Below are positions 1-8,695 of a DNA stretch of 64,000 bases, one piece after another. Each line of letters begins with the position of its first letter. The first letter of the stretch is position 1. The stretch is from Deltaproteobacteria bacterium (lineage in GTDB: Bacteria > Desulfobacterota > Binatia > DP-6): the NCBI GenBank assembly GCA_005888095.1, contig VBKF01000089.1:37898-101897 (forward strand), written 5' to 3'. A program made the position numbers and the translations under genes. The notes beneath the pieces were generated by a model. The model was given only the letters and a program-made list of their open reading frames with translations. It was not told the origin of the DNA and did not search any database.

Positions 1-1113
1 GCCTCGGGATCCACGGTGTGGGATGCCGCCGGCCGAGCCTACCTCGACCTGCTCGCCGGCATGGGAGTCGCGAACGTCGGTCACACCCATCCCGAGGTGG
101 TGGCGGCGGTACGCGCGCAGGCCGAGCGCCACCTGCACGTGATGGTGTACGGTGAGTTCGTCGAGGAGGCGCAGGTCCGCCTCGCCGCACGGCTCGCCGG
201 CCTCCTGCCGGACCCGCTCGAGGTCGCGTACTTCACGTCGAGCGGGGCCGAAGCGATCGAGGGCGCCCTCAAGACGGCGCGCAAGCACACCGGCCGCGCA
301 CGCCTCGTCGCCTTCGAGGGAGGCTTCCACGGCGACACGCTGGGCGCGCTCTCCGTCGGGGGGAACCCGCGCTACCGCGCGCCCTTCGAGCCACTGCTCG
401 CCGACGTGGCCTTCCTCCCCTTCGACGACGAGGCCGCGCTCCCCGCCGTCGACGGCCGCACGGCCGCGGTGGTCGTCGAGCCGATCCAGGCCGAGGGGGG
501 TGTGCGCATCCCCCGCCCGAGCTTCCTCGCCGCGCTGCGGCGCCGCTGCGACGAGACCGGTGCTCTCCTCGTGCTCGACGAGGTGGTGACGGGCTTCGGG
601 CGCACCGGGAGGCTGTTCGCCTTCGAGCACTGGGGGATCGTTCCCGACCTCCTCGTCCTCGCCAAGGCGCTCGGCGGCGGCCTCCCGCTCGGCGCCTTCG
701 TCGGCAGCGCGGCGGTCATGGCGACGCTCTCCCGCGACCCGCCGCTGGCGCACGTGACCACGTTCGGCGGCCACCCGCTCTCATGCGCCGGCGGCCGCGC
801 GGCGCTCGAGGTCCTGCTGCGCGACGGGCTCGTGACGCGCGCCGCGACGCTCGGCGACCGGCTCCAAGCGGAGCTCGCCGCCCTCATCGGTCGCGGCGGA
901 CTGGTCGCCGTGCGCGGCCTTGGCCTCCTGCTGGGCCTCGAGTTCGGCACTCCGGAGGCCTCCGCCCGCTTCGCGCGCCGCGCGCTGGACGCGGGCCTGA
1001 TCCTCAACTGGACCCTCCACCGCGACACCGTCGTCCGTCTCGCCCCGCCGCTCGTGCTGACCGACGACGAGGCCGAGCGCGCGACAAACGGCATCCGCGC
1101 GGCGCTCGGGTAG
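1..1113 (+). CDS. Class-III PLP-dependent aminotransferase (acetylornithine/ornithine/GABA aminotransferase-like); 5' end lies outside the window
   Basis: ORF 16..1113 remains open back to base 1 (ASGSTVWDAAGRAYLDL). Family motifs GHTHPEVV, LVLDEVVTGFGRTG and LAKALGGGLPLGA (PLP lysine). Confidence 0.85.
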   Translation, partial: ASGSTVWDAAGRAYLDLLAGMGVANVGHTHPEVVAAVRAQAERHLHVMVYGEFVEEAQVRLAARLAGLLPDPLEVAYFTSSGAEAIEGALKTARKHTGRARLVAFEGGFHGDTLGALSVGGNPRYRAPFEPLLADVAFLPFDDEAALPAVDGRTAAVVVEPIQAEGGVRIPRPSFLAALRRRCDETGALLVLDEVVTGFGRTGRLFAFEHWGIVPDLLVLAKALGGGLPLGAFVGSAAVMATLSRDPPLAHVTTFGGHPLSCAGGRAALEVLLRDGLVTRAATLGDRLQAELAALIGRGGLVAVRGLGLLLGLEFGTPEASARFARRALDAGLILNWTLHRDTVVRLAPPLVLTDDEAERATNGIRAALG

Positions 1114-1131
1114 ACGTCGATCCTGCCCCGC

Positions 1132-4100
1132 CTACGGGCAGGGATACGCCACCTGGTTGGCGCTCTCGATCTGGCCGAGGACGTTCGCCCCGAGCGCGTC
1201 GCGGTTCGGCCTGGACAGGCACGTCTGGGTGCAGATGCCCTTGGCGTCGAGCTTGTCCATCGCCGCGCGGTACTTCTCGAGCGCCGACCTGTGCTTGGCG
1301 GGGTCGGACTCCTCGCACACCTCTTCCTGGAATACCTTGCCCGCGAACCCGCTGTCCGCCTGCTTCTGGTGGCAAACGATCGCCGCAGCCGCCAGCTTGC
1401 CGAGCTCACGCCCGAGCGTGTCGGCACACTTGAGCTTCAGCTTGCCCGTGAGCCCGCTCGGGTCGATCGTTCCCGCGTCGTCGCCGCTCGGGTCGATGCT
1501 CGCGCTGCCGTCGCAGTAGACCTGCCCGTTGAGCGCATCGAGCGAGGCGGCGTTCGACTTGCCCGCAAACAGGGCCGTCTCCTGGGAGGACGCGAGCGCC
1601 AGCTGCTGCGAGGTGCAGAGGTTCTTGCCGCTCGGTCCGATCTTCGCGATCGCCGCCTCGAACTTCTCCTTGGCCGACTTGCCGCCGTTCGGCCCCTCCT
1701 CGCAGAGCTCCTCGTCGAAGGTCGTCACCTTCCCGTTGAGCGTGGCGAAGGCGGCGTCGGCCTGCTTCTGGTGACACTTGATCACCGCACGGATCGCCTT
1801 GCCGACGGCCTTGCCGATCGAGTCGCCGCACTTGAGGTGATTCTTCGTGTCGGGGACACATCCCGTGTCGTCGCCGCCGAACGGGACCCCCGACGTGGTG
1901 GTCGTCGTGGTCGCAGTCGTGGTCGTCGTGCTGCTCGTCGACGTCGTGGACGTGCTGGTCGTGCTGGTCGTCGTCGAGGTGGTGGTCGTGCTCGTGGTGG
2001 TGGTCGTCGTCGACGTCGTGGTGGTGGCGATCGTCGTGGTCGTCGTCGACGTGGTGGTGGCGACCGTGGTGGTCGTGGTGGCAACCGTGGTGGTCGTCGT
2101 GTTCGCGGTGGTCGTGGTCGTCGACAGAGTCGTCGTGCTCGTCAGGATCGTCGTGGTGGTCGTCGTGCGGATCGTCGTGGTCGTCGTGCGGATCGTCGTC
2201 GACGTGGTGGTGGTCGTGCAGCCCGTGATCGGCGTGTTCGTGCAGCCGCTGGTGGGCGAGCAGCTGTCGGTGGTGCACGCGTTTCCGTCGTTGCAGTTCG
2301 GCGCGCGGCAGGTGGCGTCGCAGCAGGCGTTCGGCGCGCCGCCGTTGTCGCAGGTCTCCGGGAACTCGACCGCGTGGTTGCCGCACACCGGACACGGCGT
2401 CAGGCATCCCGTCTGAGCCGGGGCGGTGCACGGCGGCAGGAAGGTCTCGTCGCTCGGAGCGAGGGGCGGCGAGAAGGTGCCGGTGGTCGGGGGGGTCGAC
2501 CCGGTCGGCAGGATGAGGAAGTTCCGGCTCGCGGAGCTGCCGCCCGTGGTCTTGATCTGTGCGCCGCTGTCGACGACGAGTGCCTTCCTCGCCGTCAGCG
2601 TGTTGTGCGCCTGCTGATCCCCGGTCGTGTCGACGATGCCCGTCGAGGCGATGTGCACCGTGCACCCGTCGAGATCGGCGGTGCCGAACGCGTTCGGCAG
2701 CGTCGACCGGCCGATGGCGTGGGCCCTCCCGTTGAGCGTGAGATCGCCCGGCAGGTCGGGCGACCCGGAGACCAGCGTGATGGCGCCGCCCGAGCTGTTG
2801 GTGGCGCTCCCACCGTCCGCGTCGACGACCGCCGTGGACGTGACCGTGAGGTTCCGACCCGCCTCGAGGTCGGCGCATCCGGCGGAATTCGATCCCGTCG
2901 TCGAGACGTCGACGAGCGCATTGACGCTGATCGCGCCGTCCGCCAGCGCCGTCACCCCGCCGCCCGAGCCCGTGGTGGCGTTCGTCAACTGTCGCACCGC
3001 CGTGACCGCGGCGTTGACGGCGATGTCTGCGGCCGAGCACAACGTGACGCAGCCGCCCCCGCCGGTGCCGTCCGTATGAATCGCCCCGTTCACCGTGAGC
3101 GTTCCCACGGTGTCGATCTCGAAGAACCCCCCACCGCCGCCGCCGCCCGTCCCATCGATCAGCTGCGTGATCGTCGTGGGGTCCCCGGTGTCGACACAGA
3201 GGCTGCCGCCGTTGCCGTCGGACGTCGTCCCGGTCGAGCCCGAAATGCCGAGGCCGGTCACGGTGATCGGCACGGCGATCGTGACCGCCGCACCCACCGC
3301 CGTGTCCTGCGTGACGCTGACCGAGCCGCCGCAGCTCCCCGCCGCGGCATCGGCCGCGATCGCGCCGCCGGTGCTGGCGCCGCTGAGATTGACGAGCCCG
3401 CTGTCCGCTTCGAACGTGATCGAGCCGCCGGCGCCGCCCGGGTTGCCGGATGTCGCCGCGCTGTGACCGACGGCGCTGATCGGTTTGTTCATCCCCGCCG
3501 GGCTGTCGATCTTGCCTTCGGCGAACACGTCGATGCTGCCGCCGGAGCCGGCGTCGCCGAAGCCGTCGGCGAACAGAAAATGCGACTTCGGCGTCACGCC
3601 GAGGATGGTGTCGCCGTCCGACGTGATGGTGATCGACCCGCCCCCGGCGGTGCCGCCGCTGACGTCGACCGCGTTCTCGAGGTCGATCTTTCCCGACGGC
3701 GGCACGCCGATCGCCGTGAGCGAGATCGTGCCGCCCAGCTGGGCGCTCGCGGTCGTGGTGGTCGCGCTCAGTCCGCTGCTCGATCCGCCGAGGAGCGAGA
3801 TGCTCCCCGACGCCACGACCGAAGTCCCCGAGCGCCGGCCCGCGGTGATCAGGATCGACCCCGCCGTGGCGGCGACGGTGCTCGCGTCGGCGCTGATCGC
3901 CTTCGAGATCGACACGTCCCCGTCGGCGTTCACGGTGAGTGAGCCGGCGCCGGCGCCGCTCACGTCCACGGGGGTGGCAGCGGCGTTCGTCTGGACGACG
4001 AACCCGCCGGTGCCGAGCGTCAGCGTCACGATGCCACCCGGCCCCGAGGTCCCGCCGGTGGCCGTGAGCTTGCCGCTGCTGCCGACCGTCAGCTTGTGCG

Positions 4101-4398
4101 CGCGGATCTCGAACGTGCTCGATCCGCCCACGAACCCGCCGCTCTGCAGCGTGACGTCGCGCGTGCCGAAGTCGAACGTGCAGCTGGCCCCCGGACTGGG
4201 CGGCGTCACGGTCACGGTCCGGCTGATCGTGCAGGCGCTCGCGGTACAGGACGCCGTGCAGCTCCCGCCGCAGCCCGACATCACCTCGGCCGCGGTGCAG
4301 ACCGCCGCCGCCTGCCGCGCCGGAGCGACGAGCAGGACGAGCGCCGCCGCCACCAGCGCGCGCCTCACCGGCACTCTCCCATCATGCCGATGCGGCAC
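1132..4398 (-). CDS. Large secreted multidomain protein: Gly/Thr-rich beta-helix-like region, Cys-rich repeat, poly-Thr linker, duplicated C-terminal Cys-helical module
   Basis: 1088-aa ORF with high GC3. Signal peptide RRALVAAALVLLVAPARQAAA. About 650 aa of short G/T/S/A repeats (GGSITxxxDG, VDVSG). Cys block CGNHAVEFPETCDNGGAPNACCDATCRAPNCNDGNACTTDSC resembles the Myxococcus-type cysteine-rich repeat. A ~109-aa Thr/Ser linker is followed by two copies of a module containing KC...GK...CHQKQAD...EExCEE. The start could be GTG 4374 instead of ATG 4398. Confidence 0.85.
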   Translation of the reverse strand: MPHRHDGRVPVRRALVAAALVLLVAPARQAAAVCTAAEVMSGCGGSCTASCTASACTISRTVTVTPPSPGASCTFDFGTRDVTLQSGGFVGGSSTFEIRAHKLTVGSSGKLTATGGTSGPGGIVTLTLGTGGFVVQTNAAATPVDVSGAGAGSLTVNADGDVSISKAISADASTVAATAGSILITAGRRSGTSVVASGSISLLGGSSSGLSATTTTASAQLGGTISLTAIGVPPSGKIDLENAVDVSGGTAGGGSITITSDGDTILGVTPKSHFLFADGFGDAGSGGSIDVFAEGKIDSPAGMNKPISAVGHSAATSGNPGGAGGSITFEADSGLVNLSGASTGGAIAADAAAGSCGGSVSVTQDTAVGAAVTIAVPITVTGLGISGSTGTTSDGNGGSLCVDTGDPTTITQLIDGTGGGGGGGFFEIDTVGTLTVNGAIHTDGTGGGGCVTLCSAADIAVNAAVTAVRQLTNATTGSGGGVTALADGAISVNALVDVSTTGSNSAGCADLEAGRNLTVTSTAVVDADGGSATNSSGGAITLVSGSPDLPGDLTLNGRAHAIGRSTLPNAFGTADLDGCTVHIASTGIVDTTGDQQAHNTLTARKALVVDSGAQIKTTGGSSASRNFLILPTGSTPPTTGTFSPPLAPSDETFLPPCTAPAQTGCLTPCPVCGNHAVEFPETCDNGGAPNACCDATCRAPNCNDGNACTTDSCSPTSGCTNTPITGCTTTTTSTTIRTTTTTIRTTTTTTILTSTTTLSTTTTTANTTTTTVATTTTTVATTTSTTTTTIATTTTSTTTTTTSTTTTSTTTSTTSTSTTSTSSTTTTTATTTTTTSGVPFGGDDTGCVPDTKNHLKCGDSIGKAVGKAIRAVIKCHQKQADAAFATLNGKVTTFDEELCEEGPNGGKSAKEKFEAAIAKIGPSGKNLCTSQQLALASSQETALFAGKSNAASLDALNGQVYCDGSASIDPSGDDAGTIDPSGLTGKLKLKCADTLGRELGKLAAAAIVCHQKQADSGFAGKVFQEEVCEESDPAKHRSALEKYRAAMDKLDAKGICTQTCLSRPNRDALGANVLGQIESANQVAYPCP
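1891..2217. repeat. Low-complexity (ACS/TCS)n codon tract encoding the poly-Thr/Ser linker of the 1088-aa protein
   Basis: The + strand reads as degenerate GGT/CGT/GGTGGT/CGTCGT repeats. The translation is TTTTTSTTIRTTTTTIRTTTTTTILTSTTT...TTTTTTS. Coordinates were derived by counting 252 C-terminal residues back from the stop. Confidence 0.8.
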
Positions 4399-5336
4399 TG
4401 AATGAGCGGCGCCATGTCCATCATCATCCGGGACGGCCGCCCGTACACGGGCATCACGCCCAGGTTGTCCGTGCCACGGTTTCCGCCGCGGTCGACGACG
4501 CCCTTCCCCATCACCCAGATGCCGAGCCCGCGGTTCCCGGTGGCGCTGCTGTCCCCGACCGCGATCCCCGGGCCCATGGCCCAGAGCCCGTTGCCGAGAT
4601 TGGCGTCGGCCTGCACGCCCGAGAGCAGCGTGTGCCCGACGTTCGCCATCACGCCGTGCTTGCGGTTCCCGTGCGCCGTCGCGCCGACGACCTGATGCAT
4701 GCCGCCGAGCAGCCAGAATCCCACCCCGGCGTTGGCGATCGCCTCGTTGCCGAAGCCGCCGCCGACGTGCGCCCCCATGCCGGTGAGCTTGAAGCCGTGC
4801 CGGCCGTTCTCGGACGCCCGGTTGCCGTCGAGCGCGTAGTCGGTGCCGCCGAGCGAGAACCCGTTGCGGCCGTTGCCTTCCGCGACCGAGCCGACGACCG
4901 TGAACCCGTCACCCTGCGCGACGAGGCCGTCGAGCCGGTTGCCGGCCACGCGGACGTTCACCGCGCTGCGCAGCGCCTGAACGCCGCGGGCGAGCACGCC
5001 GACCTGGAAACGCTCGACGGCGCCGGGCCCGACGAGCAGGAGGCTGCCGCGCACGACCAGGATGCCGATCCCTTGCCCGTCGCCGGCGATCGTCCTGCCG
5101 CCGAGGTCGAGCGTCACGGGACCGGAAGCGGCGACCACGAGGCCGTTCGCCGGGCATGGAGCCGCCGTCACCTCGTCCGCCGGACCGAGCACGCGAGAGG
5201 AGACGAGGACGTCGCCGCACGCGCAGGCGACGCGCTTGCCGTGCCCGTCGACGTCGTCGCCGCACGAACGAACGGCGCGGGCGGGCCCGGCGAAGGCGAC
5301 CACGAGCGTCAGCGCGAGGAGGCCGCGGATGCGCAT
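4365..5336 (-). CDS. Secreted right-handed parallel beta-helix repeat protein (NosD/PbH1-like)
   Basis: 323-aa ORF. Signal peptide MRIRGLLALTLVVAFAGPARA. Repeated GN-x-x-x-G turns (GNRLDGL, GNGRNGFSL, ENGRHGFKL, GNRKHGVM, GNGLWAM, GNRGLGIWV). Its 3' end overlaps the start of 1132..4398 by 34 nt on the same strand. Confidence 0.8.
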   Translation of the reverse strand: MRIRGLLALTLVVAFAGPARAVRSCGDDVDGHGKRVACACGDVLVSSRVLGPADEVTAAPCPANGLVVAASGPVTLDLGGRTIAGDGQGIGILVVRGSLLLVGPGAVERFQVGVLARGVQALRSAVNVRVAGNRLDGLVAQGDGFTVVGSVAEGNGRNGFSLGGTDYALDGNRASENGRHGFKLTGMGAHVGGGFGNEAIANAGVGFWLLGGMHQVVGATAHGNRKHGVMANVGHTLLSGVQADANLGNGLWAMGPGIAVGDSSATGNRGLGIWVMGKGVVDRGGNRGTDNLGVMPVYGRPSRMMMDMAPLIQCRIGMMGECR

Positions 5337-5470
5337 GAGAGAACGACCCCCCTACAACAATCGCGGCCCGTCTGCATACCCCCTATGCGTGAAAACGGCG
5401 CATCGGCCTGCTGGACGTTCGGACCGTACTTCCGGGCGGGGCGGGAGCGGCGCTGGCTCTCCCGCCGCAA

Positions 5471-5498
5471 TTGACCCGCCTGCGCGCGGGGCATTATC
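5471..5498 (+). promoter_or_regulatory. Candidate sigma70-like promoter for the MoxR/VWA cluster (TTGACC, 15-16 nt spacer, CATTAT/ATTATC)
   Basis: TTGACC at 5471-5476 and CATTAT at 5492-5497, about 17 nt before ATG 5514. The spacer is short and no Shine-Dalgarno sequence is visible, so this call is weak. Confidence 0.25.
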
Positions 5499-5513
5499 GT
5501 CCGGCGCGCGACG

Positions 5514-6737
5514 ATGGCACGGAGCACGGGATCCGGTGCGGTCGAGGCCATTCAGCGGCAGGTCTGCCGGGTCCGGAGGCGGCGCAATCTCCGCGAGCTG
5601 CAGCGTGCGCTCTACCTGCTGATCGCCGTCGGCACGGGAGGGGCGACGGCGCTCGTCCTCCTCGCCCTCACCGCGTCGCCTCGCCTCTTCGCGCGCGCGG
5701 TCGCGGCGGTCGCGGCCGCGACGCTCGGCGCGGTGCTCGTGATCGTGCGCGACGCCGGCCGGCGCTGGATGCGCGCCGACCGGGCGGCGCCCTGGATCGA
5801 CCGCCGGGGCGGCCTCACCGGCCGGCTCGCGACGCTCGTCGAGCTCGGCCGGCGAGGGGAGGCGGAGGCGCCCTTGCTGCCGCTGCTCGTCGAGCAGAAC
5901 GTGGCGCGCCTTGCCCTCTGGCGCCCTGATCGCCTCGTTCCGCGGCGCGTCCCGCGTGCGGCGCTGGCCGCGGCCGCGAGCGGCCTCACCCTCCTCGCGC
6001 TGATCGTGGCCCTCGCGCCGCGCCTGAGGCCCCAAGCGCCGGAGGTGGTCGCCGGCGAGGTCTCGGCGCCGGCGCTCGACGCTGTCGATCTTTCAGTCGA
6101 ACGGCTGGCCGTCGACGAGGACATCGCCGGGATGCCGGGCGCGGGTCCGGACGAAGGGCCGGCGGCGGCAGGTCTGCAGGAGCGCATCCGGCGCGAGCTC
6201 TGGGGCGCACCCGCGCCGGCCTCGTCCGTACCCGTCAGGCGCAGTGCGCACGTGCGCGAGGAGGCACCCGCCGACGCCGCCGGTGACGACGCCCTCGAGG
6301 CGGCGCGATCGGTCGAGCGCGCGGGCCGCGAGGAGGGAGCCGGCGGCGACGGACGACAAGCTGCCGGCGAGACGCAGGGCATCCAGGAAGGCGGCCACGG
6401 CCTTCTCGAGCAGCCCCGAGACGGCGACGACGAGGCCAGCCGCTCGGGCGGCGCCACCGCAGGCGCCGGAAGCCAGCCGGATCCGCATCTCTTCGGTCCG
6501 CCGAGCCGCGACGCCCCGGGGACGAGCCAGCGCTTCGCGCTCTCCCTCGCCGCCCGCGTCCATGCCGGCCGCGGCGGACCCGGCGAGGGGGCCGCCCCGC
6601 CCCCAGCACCCACGCCCGACGCCCACGCCGATCTCGCCGCGGGGCAACGCGCGGAGGCGGCGGTCCCGAGGATGCCGGTGCCCCCTGCCTACGAGGCCCT
6701 CGTGCGCAGGCACTTCGGGCGCGAGGGTCTGCCGTGA
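5514..6737 (+). CDS. Hypothetical membrane protein, first gene of the MoxR/VWA cluster
   Basis: 407-aa ORF with high GC3. Hydrophobic helices LYLLIAVGTGGATALVLLAL, AVAAVAAATLGAVLVIV and GLTLLALIVALA. The C-terminal half is Ala/Pro/Arg/Gly-rich. The stop overlaps the MoxR GTG start (GTGA, 6734-6737). Confidence 0.65.
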   Translation: MARSTGSGAVEAIQRQVCRVRRRRNLRELQRALYLLIAVGTGGATALVLLALTASPRLFARAVAAVAAATLGAVLVIVRDAGRRWMRADRAAPWIDRRGGLTGRLATLVELGRRGEAEAPLLPLLVEQNVARLALWRPDRLVPRRVPRAALAAAASGLTLLALIVALAPRLRPQAPEVVAGEVSAPALDAVDLSVERLAVDEDIAGMPGAGPDEGPAAAGLQERIRRELWGAPAPASSVPVRRSAHVREEAPADAAGDDALEAARSVERAGREEGAGGDGRQAAGETQGIQEGGHGLLEQPRDGDDEASRSGGATAGAGSQPDPHLFGPPSRDAPGTSQRFALSLAARVHAGRGGPGEGAAPPPAPTPDAHADLAAGQRAEAAVPRMPVPPAYEALVRRHFGREGLP

Positions 6738-7729
6738 AGGCCGCCGTCGCCGCGGACGCCGTCCGCGACTTCCAGGAGACGTTCGCGGCCGTGCAGCGCG
6801 AGATCGGCAAGGCGGTGGTCGGCCACGAGCAGGCCATCGAGGCGATCCTGACCGCGTTCTTCGCGGGCGGACACGTCCTCATCGAGGGCGTGCCGGGCAT
6901 CGGCAAGACGCTGATCGTGCGCTCGCTGGCCGAGGCCCTCAACCTGAGCTTCAGCCGCGTCCAGTTCACCGTCGACCTGATGCCGGCCGACATCACCGGC
7001 ACACGGATCATCAGCGAGGGACCCGACGGCCGCCGCGAGTTCGTCTTCATCCCGGGGCCCGTGTTCGCGCACGTGCTCCTCGCCGACGAGATCAACCGCG
7101 CCACGCCGAAGACGCAGTCGGCGTTGCTCGAGGCGATGGCGGAGCAGCAGGTGACGGTGGCGGGCAAGACCTACCCGCTGGCGCCGCCCTTCTTCGTGCT
7201 GGCCACCCTCAATCCGATCGAGATGGAGGGAACCTACCAGCTGCCCGAGGCCCAGCTCGACCGCTTCCTCTTCAAGGTCCTGCTCGACTACCCGACGGAG
7301 CCCGAGCTCGAGCGCATCTTCAGCACGACGACCGGGGCGCAGCTGGCCACGGTGACCCCCGTGCTGCCGCGCGAGACGGCGGCGGCGCGCGTGGAGCAGC
7401 TCAAGCGGCTCGTGAGGCAGGTGCTCGTCGCACCCCACATCGAGCGGTACGTCGCCGCGCTCGTGCGGCTCACGGCGACCGATGAGACGGCGTCGCGCTA
7501 CGTGACCTACGGCTCGAGCCCGCGCGGCGGGCAGGCGCTGATCCTCGGCGCCAAGGTGCTGGCGCTCCTCGACGGCCGCCCGCACGTCGCCGCCGACGAC
7601 GTCGAGCGGGTGGCGCCCGCCGCGCTCCGCCACCGCCTGGTGCTCAACTTCACCGCCGGCGCGGCGGGCGCCGACGCCGAGCAGATCGTCGCACGCGTGC
7701 TGGCCTCGGCGCGCCGCCTACGGCCATGA
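6734..7729 (+). CDS. MoxR-family AAA+ ATPase
   Basis: Walker A GVPGIGKT, Walker B VLLADEINRA, and the typical MoxR N-terminus VVGHEQAIEAIL; ~331 aa. Confidence 0.95.
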   Translation: MKAAVAADAVRDFQETFAAVQREIGKAVVGHEQAIEAILTAFFAGGHVLIEGVPGIGKTLIVRSLAEALNLSFSRVQFTVDLMPADITGTRIISEGPDGRREFVFIPGPVFAHVLLADEINRATPKTQSALLEAMAEQQVTVAGKTYPLAPPFFVLATLNPIEMEGTYQLPEAQLDRFLFKVLLDYPTEPELERIFSTTTGAQLATVTPVLPRETAAARVEQLKRLVRQVLVAPHIERYVAALVRLTATDETASRYVTYGSSPRGGQALILGAKVLALLDGRPHVAADDVERVAPAALRHRLVLNFTAGAAGADAEQIVARVLASARRLRP

Positions 7730-7771
7730 GCGCGAGCGAAGGATATAGATGAGCGCGAGCGAAGGATATCG
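7726..7771. repeat. Perfect 21-bp direct repeat (ATGAGCGCGAGCGAAGGATAT) x2 with period 23 bp at the MoxR/DUF58 junction
   Basis: Copies at 7726-7746 and 7749-7769, followed by a third ATGAG that is the DUF58 start (7772). The MoxR stop TGA (7727-7729) lies inside copy 1. Confidence 0.9.
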
Positions 7772-8695
7772 ATGAGGCGGCGGGCCGATGCGCCGGCGGC
7801 GCTGCCGTCGTTCCGCGGCCTCGTGCTGCGCGTCCGGGGCGCGATGGGCGAGCGTCTCGGCGAGCGACGGTTCCCCGGCCGGCCCCAGCCCGCGGGCATC
7901 GAGCTCGAGGCGTACAGCGCCTACGCCCCCGGCGACGACCTGCGCCACCTCGACTGGAACGCCGTCGGCCGGCTCGACGCCCTCCTCGTCCGCCGCTTCA
8001 CCGCCGAGCGCGAGGTGCTCGTGCACCTCCTCCTCGACTGCAGCGCCTCGATGGGGGTTCCGGTGCGCGACGGGAAGCTCGCGGCCGCGCGCCAGCTGGC
8101 GATGGCGCTCGCGCAGGTCGCGCTGGCCGGCAACGACGCGGTCCGCGTGGCGCTGCTCGGCGGTGGCACCGTCCCGCGCGAGACGCCCGTGTATCGCTTC
8201 GGCTGGCGGCAGGGACAGCCGGCGACGGGCGTCGCGCGCCTGGCCGCGTTCCTCGCCGCGGCCGAGGCGCGCGGCGCGGTCGCGCTCGGCGCGGCGCTCG
8301 AGGACCACGCGCGGCGGCACCCGCGCCCGGGTGCCGCCCTCGTCATCTCGGACTTCATGACCGACCCGGCCGAGGTCGAGGGCGGCGTGCTGGCGCTCAG
8401 GGCGCGCGGCTACGGCGTCGTCCTGCTCCACGTGATCGGCGCCGGCGAGCTCGAGCCCGGCCGCGAGTTCCGCCATGGCGTGCTGCGCGACGTCGAGTCG
8501 GGGGCCACCCGCCCGATCGCCCTCACCCGCGCGGTGCTCGAGCGCTACGAGGCACTGCTCGCCGGCCACCTGGCAGCGCTCGAGGCCCTCGCCCGGCGCA
8601 CCGAGACGACCTACGCCCGCATGACCACCGCCTCGACCGTCGGCGAGTTCGTCACCGGCGAGCTCGCCCGCGTGGGCGTCGTCCGGCGACGATGA
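7772..8695 (+). CDS. DUF58 domain protein (VWA-like, MoxR partner)
   Basis: Motif DDLRHLDWNAVGRLDALLVRRF and LLLDCSASMG; sits directly downstream of MoxR, as is usual. Confidence 0.9.
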   Translation: MRRRADAPAALPSFRGLVLRVRGAMGERLGERRFPGRPQPAGIELEAYSAYAPGDDLRHLDWNAVGRLDALLVRRFTAEREVLVHLLLDCSASMGVPVRDGKLAAARQLAMALAQVALAGNDAVRVALLGGGTVPRETPVYRFGWRQGQPATGVARLAAFLAAAEARGAVALGAALEDHARRHPRPGAALVISDFMTDPAEVEGGVLALRARGYGVVLLHVIGAGELEPGREFRHGVLRDVESGATRPIALTRAVLERYEALLAGHLAALEALARRTETTYARMTTASTVGEFVTGELARVGVVRRR

